Assembly: GCA_036384775.1 (NCBI GenBank)
Contig: DASVLR010000051.1
Coordinates: 1-36,923, forward strand
Length of the DNA: 36,923 bases
Direction of reading: 5' to 3'
Source: Minisyncoccota bacterium
GTDB taxonomy: Bacteria > Patescibacteriota > Minisyncoccia > Phycocordibacterales > PALSA-1337
Of this stretch, positions 17,452 through 24,985 are shown one piece after another. Each line of letters opens with the position of its first letter. Within the stretch, counting starts at the first letter, position 1. The position numbers and the translations under genes are program-made. The notes beneath the pieces were generated by a model. That model worked only from the letters and a program-made list of their open reading frames with translations, made no database searches and was not told the DNA's origin.

Positions 17452-18555
17452 ATGCATTCAAAGCGTGCTATAACACTATTTCTTTCAGTCATCGTCGCGA
17501 TTTTGGTGCTGACCAACCTTGCGGTTTTTAGTGCTCTTACGCACATTTTCTCCATTCAATCCGCCGCTGGGCGCGTAGGGTTTGGTGCGGTTCTCGGAGT
17601 CTTGTCATTTGGCTTTATCGCTATAACGATAGTGGACAGACGCTACTACAACGCTTTCACAAGATTTATTACGCACGTGCTGTCAGTATATATGGGACTG
17701 TTTGCCTATTTGTTTTTTGTTTCGGTGATGTATGGCGTTCTTGTGTTCGTGCATATCCCGTTTGCACGACCTGTTGGCGGGGCATTGTTGATGGCGTCTG
17801 TGATAGTGACGGTGTATGGATTGATCAACGCACGTGTTGTGCGCGTTACATCCGTTACTATTCCGCCTGGCAACACGCAGTGGCACAGCAGGAAGGCGAT
17901 ATTCGTTAGCGATCTGCATCTTGGTCAGGTACTCGGTGCTCAGTTTGCACGCACGGTCGTTGCGGCGATCAATTCACGAACTCCAGACATTGTATTCATC
18001 GGTGGTGATCTGTTTGATGGAACCACTGCACCGGACCTGGATGTGCTACTCGCACCACTCCGGAATCTTCGTCCTGCGCATGGCATTTACTTTATTACGG
18101 GAAACCACGAAGAGTTCGGAGATGGCTCGCCATTTCTCGAAGCGATCGCACGAGCGGGGATTACAATCCTGCAAGACAAGCTGATTGAGATTGATGGTCT
18201 ACAGATAATAGGCGTGGATGACACGACTTCAGAGAAGCAAGAAAATTTTGAGCGCATTCTTGCTGGTATGCACATTGATCGAAATAAGCCGTCGATATTG
18301 TTACGCCACCAGCCAAAGCATCTGTCGGTCGCTGAAGCGGCTGGCATCACACTACAGATGTCCGGTCATACACACCTTGGTCAGCAATGGCCGTTTGGAT
18401 ATATCGCTCAGTGGGCGTTCAAGGGCTATGCCTATGGACTGAAGATGCTTGGGGCAATGACTGTATATACATCGAGTGGTGTAGGTACCTGGGGTCCGCC
18501 GGTGCGCGTGGGTACAAGATCGGAAATCGTGGAGGTCACTTTCGGGGTACAATAG
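17452..18555 (+). CDS. Membrane-anchored metallophosphoesterase (YkuE/YaeI-like)
   Basis: N-terminal TM helices followed by calcineurin-like motifs (SDLHLG, GGDLFDG, GNHE, SGHTH). Confidence 0.85.
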   Translation: MHSKRAITLFLSVIVAILVLTNLAVFSALTHIFSIQSAAGRVGFGAVLGVLSFGFIAITIVDRRYYNAFTRFITHVLSVYMGLFAYLFFVSVMYGVLVFVHIPFARPVGGALLMASVIVTVYGLINARVVRVTSVTIPPGNTQWHSRKAIFVSDLHLGQVLGAQFARTVVAAINSRTPDIVFIGGDLFDGTTAPDLDVLLAPLRNLRPAHGIYFITGNHEEFGDGSPFLEAIARAGITILQDKLIEIDGLQIIGVDDTTSEKQENFERILAGMHIDRNKPSILLRHQPKHLSVAEAAGITLQMSGHTHLGQQWPFGYIAQWAFKGYAYGLKMLGAMTVYTSSGVGTWGPPVRVGTRSEIVEVTFGVQ

Positions 18556-18565
18556 AGATAATCCC

Positions 18566-19417
18566 ATGGCTCACTTACGTTCTGTAGTAGGTCTGATACT
18601 ACTCTCACTGCTGTGTAGCTTTACGGTGCCGTCCGTACTCAATGCTGCCTCGTTCGTAAATCAGCCGATTTTTCTCTCGAAGACCCCGGCCGTCCTCGGA
18701 CAAAAGGTTCGTGTATTTGCAGTCATCTCGAATGACCAGGCATCTTCCTTTGTTGGTCAGGTCGTTCTGACGCAGGATGGCCAATCATTGGGTACGTCAT
18801 CTGCTTCTATCGCCGCAGGTGCGGCACAAACGGTTTCGGCATCATGGACGCCAATGTCGAGCGGACCGCATGCGATCAGTGCCGATCTGTATGATACGTC
18901 GGGTACCCGCATTCAACATGTCTCACAGATGTTCGTGGTTCAGGTGCCGGAAGTGCCAGCGGCCACGACGACTGGCTCGCTGATAGATTTCCCAAATCCG
19001 TCTACGACGAAGTATCAGTCTGCATCACAGATCGAACAGACCATCAGTACGCTGTCGCCTGCCGTCGCTACTACCAGTCGATCGGTGTTCGGGGCCATCG
19101 ACAGTCTTCGCCAAACCATTTCCCAGAGTTTGGACGGCGCGATTCAGCGCCAACAGACAGCATTGGCATCATCCAGTTCGTCGAAATCTGTGTCCGGCAC
19201 GGCAGGCGCAAGCACCCCAAACCCGCAGAAGGGCGTTACCGATGCTTCATATTCGTACGAGCACCCGCTACGCCTCATCTACCTCTACGTGCTCATGATT
19301 GTGAGGTTTATCGTGAATACGGCAATTGTATGTTATCTTGCGATAGTCATTATTGTGCCGTATGTCCTCTGGAAAGTGATCAGATTAGTACTGAGGCGCA
19401 GGTCCACTGACGAATAG
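18566..19417 (+). CDS. Secreted or membrane protein with a CARDB-like Ig domain and a C-terminal TM anchor (tentative)
   Basis: Signal peptide, then a pattern resembling CARDB (VRVFAVISNDQ...IAAGAAQTVSASWTPMSSGPHAISADLYD), then a hydrophobic C-terminus. Confidence 0.45.
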   Translation: MAHLRSVVGLILLSLLCSFTVPSVLNAASFVNQPIFLSKTPAVLGQKVRVFAVISNDQASSFVGQVVLTQDGQSLGTSSASIAAGAAQTVSASWTPMSSGPHAISADLYDTSGTRIQHVSQMFVVQVPEVPAATTTGSLIDFPNPSTTKYQSASQIEQTISTLSPAVATTSRSVFGAIDSLRQTISQSLDGAIQRQQTALASSSSSKSVSGTAGASTPNPQKGVTDASYSYEHPLRLIYLYVLMIVRFIVNTAIVCYLAIVIIVPYVLWKVIRLVLRRRSTDE

Positions 19418-19419
19418 AC

Positions 19420-20043
19420 ATGAAACTCCGAAACATACTTATCAACTGGTCGATCGAGTTCGCTCCGATCATGATTTACTTCGCCATGCTGGCTGCATAT
19501 GGCGACACTCAGGCGGGATTCGTCATCTCAACGGGCGTCTTTACGCTCTGTACGATTCTCGCGCTTGTCGTTGCGTATGTACGCGAGGGCAGGGTGGCCA
19601 TCTTTGCGGCAGTTGCGGGTGCGTTTATCGTTTGTTTCGGTGCTGCAACCGTGTGGCTCGATAACCCACATGTATTTATGTTCGAGGCGACCGCCTATAA
19701 CGGATTCTTTGCACTGGTATTGCTGCCGGGGCTCCTTGTCGGCAAAGGAAATCTCAAAGTCTTTTTCATCGGTCTGTTTGATCTGAAGGAAGAGGGCTGG
19801 TTCAAGTTGTCGCTGCACTATTTTATTTTGTTTGCGGTTATCGCCATCACGAACGAGTTTATCTGGCGTACCTATTCGCAGGAAGTATGGATCATCACCA
19901 AGTATGTCGCCTCGGCCTCGACGATCGCACTCGGCTTTGCCGAGATTCCGCTTGGCAAGAAATATCGTAATCCAACAGCATCTGCATGGGGTGTACGCGT
20001 GACAAGCAAGTCAGACGCCAAGCGTATGGCAAAAGCCCAGTAG
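19420..20043 (+). CDS. Polytopic membrane protein, possibly of the YciB/IspZ (septation protein A) family
   Basis: Five hydrophobic helices and a size and layout like YciB. The similarity was judged by eye only. Confidence 0.4.
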   Translation: MKLRNILINWSIEFAPIMIYFAMLAAYGDTQAGFVISTGVFTLCTILALVVAYVREGRVAIFAAVAGAFIVCFGAATVWLDNPHVFMFEATAYNGFFALVLLPGLLVGKGNLKVFFIGLFDLKEEGWFKLSLHYFILFAVIAITNEFIWRTYSQEVWIITKYVASASTIALGFAEIPLGKKYRNPTASAWGVRVTSKSDAKRMAKAQ

Positions 20044-20062
20044 ATAGGCCGTTCTGGAGTTA

Positions 20063-20091
20063 TTGACACGGACTTGATTTTGGTATATTAT
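20063..20091 (+). promoter_or_regulatory. Promoter of the DEAD-box helicase gene
   Basis: TTGACA (20063-68), then TGgTATATTAT (20081-91). It would give a 5'UTR of about 100 nt. Confidence 0.6.
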
Positions 20092-20193
20092 ATAGGGGTA
20101 AGGTAATTCTCCTTGGTTTTTGGCTCGCACTCAAGAAACTGACGAGATCTCTCATCGTCTTACATCTACTCTTAAAGATGAGTCAGTTTCTAC

Positions 20194-21477
20194 ATGCAAC
20201 CTACAAAGTTTAATCACAGCCCCGGATCGCGCCCGTTTCGTCGTGGTAAACCTGGCTTCAAGTCAGGTGGTTTTCGCGGCGGTCATAGCGCAGGTCACGG
20301 CGGTTTTCGTGGACGCGGCGGTCATGGCCCGAGCCGCAAGAGCCGTTTTGCCGACAAGCAGTTTTCAGATATCTCCAAGTTTGTGAATAAGGCAACGATC
20401 ACCGAACAGGCCGAGGTTTTTACTCCTGCTCATAACTTCGCCGACTTCCAGATCGCAGACAAACTCAAGGCAAATATCGCCGCAAAGGGATATAAGCTTC
20501 CGAGCCCGATTCAGGACAAGGCCATTCCGCACGTTCTCCATGGCGCAGACGTCGTTGGTATCGCTAATACCGGTACCGGTAAGACTGCAGCTTTTTTGAT
20601 CCCGCTTATCGACAAGGTACTTCGTGATCCGAAGCAGCAGATTCTCATCATGGTCCCGACTCGCGAGCTTGCGACACAAATTCGCGAAGAGCTCACCGGC
20701 TTTACCCGTAACATGGGTATCTGGTCGGTCGTATGTGTCGGTGGTGCATCGATCATCCCGCAGATCAAGCAGCTCCGCTACAAGAACAATTTCGTTATCG
20801 GCACGCCAGGTCGTCTCAAGGATCTCATCGAACAGAAGCATATCCGTCTCGGCGAGTTCCAGACGGTGGTTTTGGACGAAGCAGACCGCATGCTTGATAT
20901 GGGATTCATCAACGATGTGAAGTGGATGATGTCTCTGATGCCGCAGCAGCGTCATACCTTGTTCTTCTCGGCTACAACTACGCCGGAGATCAATGGTCTC
21001 ATCCATCAGTTCCTCAAGAATCCGATCATGATATCGGTGAAGACTCGCGATACGTCGAAGTCTATCGACCAGGACGTGGTAAGGATCGGCCGCAACGATG
21101 ACAAGCTCCTCAAGTTGGCCGAATTGCTCCGCTCAGACGGTTTCAGCAAGGTTCTGGTGTTCGGCAAGACCAAGCACGGCGTGGAAAAGCTTGCTCAGAA
21201 GCTCACAACCATGGGTCTTGCCGCCGAATCCATTCACGGCAACAAGAACTTCAATCATCGCCAGCGCTCACTGGGCGCCTTCAAGGACAACAAAGTGAAA
21301 ATCCTCGTCGCAACTGACGTGGCTGCCCGCGGTCTTGATATCGCAGACGTCTCGCATGTGATCAATTTCGATCTTCCGGCAACCTACGAAGATTATATTC
21401 ACCGCATCGGTCGTACCGGTCGTGGCGGCAAGAAGGGTATCGCACTCACCTTCATCGAAGACAGGACAAAAGCCTAA
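20194..21477 (+). CDS. DEAD-box ATP-dependent RNA helicase with an N-terminal RGG-rich segment
   Basis: Q motif, AxTGTGKT (NTGTGKTAAF), PTRELA, DEAD (VLDEADRM), SAT and HRIGRTGR. The N-terminal 50 aa are rich in R, G and F. Confidence 0.95.
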   Translation: MQPTKFNHSPGSRPFRRGKPGFKSGGFRGGHSAGHGGFRGRGGHGPSRKSRFADKQFSDISKFVNKATITEQAEVFTPAHNFADFQIADKLKANIAAKGYKLPSPIQDKAIPHVLHGADVVGIANTGTGKTAAFLIPLIDKVLRDPKQQILIMVPTRELATQIREELTGFTRNMGIWSVVCVGGASIIPQIKQLRYKNNFVIGTPGRLKDLIEQKHIRLGEFQTVVLDEADRMLDMGFINDVKWMMSLMPQQRHTLFFSATTTPEINGLIHQFLKNPIMISVKTRDTSKSIDQDVVRIGRNDDKLLKLAELLRSDGFSKVLVFGKTKHGVEKLAQKLTTMGLAAESIHGNKNFNHRQRSLGAFKDNKVKILVATDVAARGLDIADVSHVINFDLPATYEDYIHRIGRTGRGGKKGIALTFIEDRTKA

Positions 21478-21511
21478 GATCCCGGCATATAATTGCCATA
21501 CTCCCGATATT

Positions 21512-21540
21512 CGACACCCGTTTCAGCGGGTGTCGTTTTG
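21512..21540 (+). terminator. Rho-independent terminator after the helicase gene
   Basis: Stem cgacacccg / cgggtgtcg with a 6-nt loop, followed by TTTTG. Confidence 0.8.
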
Positions 21541-21643
21541 TATGTGCATTAGAAACAATACGTATGGTCACGCTATACTGATGAGACCCGATTTAAAAAT
21601 GACGGTCGCGTTATTCAATAACTAACAATTTGCGATATATTCC

Positions 21644-22051
21644 ATGAACTCTCACTATCCAAAAAACGTTATCAATTGGTTTGATATCCCGACCAACGAT
21701 CTCGAGCGCGCGGTGAAATTTTATTCGACAATCCTCGATTTCAAAATGAACATTGTCGATTTTGGCGGCATGAAGATGGCGCCATTCCGCATGCAGGATG
21801 AGGGTGTTTCGGGTGCAGGAAGCGGATGTGTCGGCGGAGCGCTCATGCAGCCGATGTCTGAGAATAAGCCCTCGGCAAACGGTACGCATGTACATCTGAA
21901 TGTCGATGGAAGGCTGGATGAAGTGCTTTCTCGTGTGGAAAAAGCCGGAGGCAAGATCATTGCACCAAAAATGTTCCTCGGCGATCCGGGATGGGATGCA
22001 ATGATCATGGACACTGAAGGCAATATGATCGGCCTTCACAGCTATAAGTAG
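21644..22051 (+). CDS. VOC (glyoxalase/bleomycin-resistance/dioxygenase) family protein
   Basis: WFDIPTNDLERAVKFYSTILDF at the N-terminus and DTEGNMIGLH at the C-terminus are typical of small VOC proteins. Confidence 0.8.
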   Translation: MNSHYPKNVINWFDIPTNDLERAVKFYSTILDFKMNIVDFGGMKMAPFRMQDEGVSGAGSGCVGGALMQPMSENKPSANGTHVHLNVDGRLDEVLSRVEKAGGKIIAPKMFLGDPGWDAMIMDTEGNMIGLHSYK

Positions 22052-22104
22052 AGGATCGCCGTGCATTTTTCAGGCAGATGCACTATACTCATAGTATCGA
22101 AAGT

Positions 22105-22410
22105 ATGAAATCACCACTTCCGCGCGAGGCGTATCACAACAATTCCCACATCTATAAGATCTTGGCCAATGCCAAGCGCCTGGAAATCCTCAATCTTCTG
22201 AAGAAAGGGGAGTTGCCGGTCGAGGAGATGCTCAAAGTAACCGGTCTCTCGAAGGCCAATTTATCTCAGCATTTGGCTCTGTTGCGACATAGCGGTCTTG
22301 TGCACACGCGCCGCCAGGGTCTCAATGTCTTTTATCGCATTGTTGATCCGCGAATCGTTGAGCCCTGCAAGATATTGCATCAGCTCAGGCATCGCCATAT
22401 GGTGCGATAA
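22105..22410 (+). CDS. ArsR/SmtB family transcriptional regulator
   Basis: Winged HTH (AKRLEILNLLKKGELPVEEMLKVTGLSKANLSQHLALLRHSGLV) and a His-rich C-terminus (CKILHQLRHRHM). I preferred the ATG at 22105 because a -10-like TAGTAT sits 7 nt upstream. The maximal ORF starts at 22078. Confidence 0.85.
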   Translation: MKSPLPREAYHNNSHIYKILANAKRLEILNLLKKGELPVEEMLKVTGLSKANLSQHLALLRHSGLVHTRRQGLNVFYRIVDPRIVEPCKILHQLRHRHMVR

Positions 22411-22430
22411 TACAGCTAGCCTATCAGAAA

Positions 22431-22458
22431 CCGCATCGGTGACCGGTGCGGTTTTTTT
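22431..22458 (+). terminator. Rho-independent terminator after arsR
   Basis: 9-bp stem (ccgcatcgg / ccggtgcgg, one G-U pair) followed by T7. Confidence 0.8.
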
Positions 22459-22476
22459 GTGTATCTCTTTGCACAC

Positions 22477-22520
22477 AACTAGTTTCATGGTTTATTAACT
22501 TATAAACATTGAAACTAGTT
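22477..22520. promoter_or_regulatory. Perfect 11-bp inverted repeat (candidate operator) overlapping the nifS -35
   Basis: AACTAGTTTCA (22477-87), a 22-nt spacer, then TGAAACTAGTT (22510-20). The AT-rich spacer contains a nested GTTTAT/ATAAAC repeat. Confidence 0.6.
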
Positions 22521-22537
22521 GCCCGTCTTTCTATACT
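22509..22537 (+). promoter_or_regulatory. Promoter of the nifS operon
   Basis: TTGAAA, a 17-nt spacer, then TATACT. The hexamer ends 7 nt before the ATG at 22545, which fits a leaderless configuration. Confidence 0.65.
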
Positions 22538-22544
22538 GAGGCGT

Positions 22545-23756
22545 ATGGAAGGAATTTACCTCGATCATGCTTCGACGACGCAGATCGACCCGGGTGTGCT
22601 CGGAGTGATGTTGCCATACCTTACCGGTAAATTTGGTAATCCTTCATCTATGCACGCATACGGTCGTGAGGCAGCACGCGCAATTGATATGGCTCGCGCA
22701 AACGTGGCAAAGGTCATCAAGTCGAGTCCGTCAGAGATCACGTTTACCGGATCAGGCACCGAGGCGGATAATCTTGCGATATTCGGGGTGGCGCGGACGT
22801 ATGCCGACCACGGTCGGCATGTCATTGTTTCCTCGGTTGAGCACAAGGCCGTCCTCGCCGCGGCAAAATCGCTTGAAAAAGACGGCTTTCAGGTTACTTA
22901 TCTCCCTGTAAATCTCCATGGAAAAGTCGATCTCCATGCGCTGCGACGCGAACTGAGGCCGGAAACGGTCCTGGTATCCATTATGTACGCAAACAATGAA
23001 ATAGGGACAATTGAGCCGATCCGTGAAGCTGCCGAAATAATAGCGGATTTCAGATCGGCGCATCCCGAGAACCGGGGGCTCCCGCTTTTTCACAGCGACG
23101 CATGCCAGGCTGCGGGCGCGCTTTCTCTGGATGTACATGCGCTTGGTGTCGATCTTATGAGCCTCAGTGGTTCGAAGATCTACGGACCAAAGGGGGTCGG
23201 CTGTCTCTATCATCGAAATGGCGTCAGACTCGAACCTCTCTTGGTGGGTGGCGGTCAGGAACGCGGCATCCGCGCGGGTACGGAACAGGTGGCGCTCATT
23301 GCGGGCTTTGCAGAAGCTCTTACGCATGCGGATGCGCGCCGGGATCGCGAGAATGCGCGCATGCGCAGGCTTCGCGATCACTGTATATCCGTTATTACCC
23401 GAACTATTTCAGGCGTAATTCTCAACGGGCATCCTTCCGACCGTCTGGCCAACAATGTGCATGTCTCCATACCGGGAATCGAGGGCGAGGCGATCGTGCT
23501 CATGCTTGATGCGTATGGTATCGCTGCCTCAACGGGATCTGCCTGCGCCTCGAATGATCTCAATCCGTCACATGTGCTTTTGGCAATAGGAGCTACGCCT
23601 GAGCTTGCACACGGTAGTGTCCGGTTTACGCTGGGACGAAAAACCACTAAATCCCAGATTGATGAGGCATGTCAGCGGCTGGCCAAAATTGCGAGACGAT
23701 TGCGGTCGATATCGTCTATCAGAACACAGCAGAATAGTCCGCTCCTGCAATCATGA
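22545..23756 (+). CDS. nifS: Cysteine desulfurase (NifS/IscS type)
   Basis: YLDHASTT, a PLP-lysine region (SGSKIYGPKG) and an active-site Cys loop (STGSACAS). The start was set to the ATG at 22545 because of the promoter geometry. The maximal ORF starts with TTG at 22509. Confidence 0.9.
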   Translation: MEGIYLDHASTTQIDPGVLGVMLPYLTGKFGNPSSMHAYGREAARAIDMARANVAKVIKSSPSEITFTGSGTEADNLAIFGVARTYADHGRHVIVSSVEHKAVLAAAKSLEKDGFQVTYLPVNLHGKVDLHALRRELRPETVLVSIMYANNEIGTIEPIREAAEIIADFRSAHPENRGLPLFHSDACQAAGALSLDVHALGVDLMSLSGSKIYGPKGVGCLYHRNGVRLEPLLVGGGQERGIRAGTEQVALIAGFAEALTHADARRDRENARMRRLRDHCISVITRTISGVILNGHPSDRLANNVHVSIPGIEGEAIVLMLDAYGIAASTGSACASNDLNPSHVLLAIGATPELAHGSVRFTLGRKTTKSQIDEACQRLAKIARRLRSISSIRTQQNSPLLQS

Positions 23757-24229
23757 TGGCGCACCGACGACATGCACCTGATGTGACATCGTGCGGTCAG
23801 GGACAATCCTGGCTGTATACGGACATCGTGAAAGATCACTTCTTTCATCCTCGTAACCTGCTGCTCGATGATACGGGATATGTTGCCGACGGCGTTGGTC
23901 TTGTTGGTAGTCCTGCGTGCGGAGATATGATGCTTGTCTGGATCAAAGTAGATCCGACAGGCACTCGCATTGCCGACTGTAAATGGCGCACATTTGGCTG
24001 TGCTTCAGCCATTGCCTCGACGTCGATGATGTCAGTGATGGCTACGGAGCACGGAGGCATGACGTTGCATCACGCAAAGACGCTTAAACCGCAACACATA
24101 CTCGAACGGCTCGGCGGATTGCCCGAGCGAAAGTTTCATTGTTCTGTCCTTGGTCAGGAAGCGCTTCGCGATGCCGTTTTGGATTACGAGCGCAAACAAG
24201 GATCGGCCGTATCATCTTCACACTCATGA
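23753..24229 (+). CDS. nifU: Fe-S cluster assembly scaffold (IscU/NifU N-terminal type)
   Basis: Three conserved Cys contexts (SPACGDMM, FGCASAIAS, KFHCSVLG). There is an ATGA overlap with the nifS stop. Confidence 0.9.
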   Translation: MMAHRRHAPDVTSCGQGQSWLYTDIVKDHFFHPRNLLLDDTGYVADGVGLVGSPACGDMMLVWIKVDPTGTRIADCKWRTFGCASAIASTSMMSVMATEHGGMTLHHAKTLKPQHILERLGGLPERKFHCSVLGQEALRDAVLDYERKQGSAVSSSHS

Positions 24230-24957
24230 GCACAGCCGCCGGACAACGATCATTAACCTGCCGCCTCATCGATGTGCAGAATCGTACGCACGATGTATCG
24301 ACATTTGTGTTTGCGCCAGAAGGCGATGAGAAACTCGATTTTATACCCGGACAATACGTGACACTCTATTTCAATGACGGACAGTTTCCGTGGCAGGGAA
24401 AGTCGTATAGTCTGAGCAATTTGCCACGTACGGAAGCACTTTCTATTACCGTAAAAAGACAGGGTGTATTTTCAGGAGCGATCCACTCATTGCGGATCGG
24501 TGAGACGGTGCGACTGGCGGGACCTGAAGGCTGTTTTTTCCCGGAGAAGCATATGAAAAAAGTTGTTTTTCTCGCATCGGGAATCGGTATCGTGCCGTTT
24601 TATACGATTCTCAAGGATATAGCCGCGAGTCCGCCCGCCGCGCGTCCATCCGTAACGCTCATCAATAGTGTGCGCAAGCGCGCAGATGCGGTGTTTCGTG
24701 AGGAGCTGGAACGTCTCCGATCGGATTGGCTCGCTCTGAATCTCATTACAACCGTCACCCAGGATCGCCCACCCGCATCCGGATCTGCAGAAGAGTCCCG
24801 TCGTATCGACATCGATATGCTGAGGACACACCAGGCGTTATCTCCGGATGCATACTACTTTATGTGCGGCTCAATCGCGTTTGTGCATGACATGTGGAAG
24901 ATGCTCGGAACGCACGGTATCCCCGAAGATCATTTGTTCACTGAGGCATATTACTAA
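24226..24957 (+). CDS. FNR-like FAD/NAD(P)-binding oxidoreductase (ferredoxin/flavodoxin reductase family)
   Basis: An xSYS FAD motif (GKSYSLSN), GPEG, GSGIGIVPF, a C-terminal MCGS and a terminal aromatic residue. No Fe-S Cys cluster is present. There is an ATGA overlap with the nifU stop. Confidence 0.8.
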   Translation: MSTAAGQRSLTCRLIDVQNRTHDVSTFVFAPEGDEKLDFIPGQYVTLYFNDGQFPWQGKSYSLSNLPRTEALSITVKRQGVFSGAIHSLRIGETVRLAGPEGCFFPEKHMKKVVFLASGIGIVPFYTILKDIAASPPAARPSVTLINSVRKRADAVFREELERLRSDWLALNLITTVTQDRPPASGSAEESRRIDIDMLRTHQALSPDAYYFMCGSIAFVHDMWKMLGTHGIPEDHLFTEAYY

Positions 24958-24985
24958 AACAATCAGTTAATCAGTCATAGAATTT

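Noticed and set aside
20365-21006. 213-aa antisense ORF inside the DEAD-box helicase gene. Similar long shadow ORFs occur at 22752-23381, 33686-34270, 10511-11056 and 13549-14091.
   Set aside because: Each lies entirely within, and opposite or out of frame to, a CDS with strong conserved motifs. Their translations have no recognisable domains. Such shadow ORFs are expected at about 50% GC.
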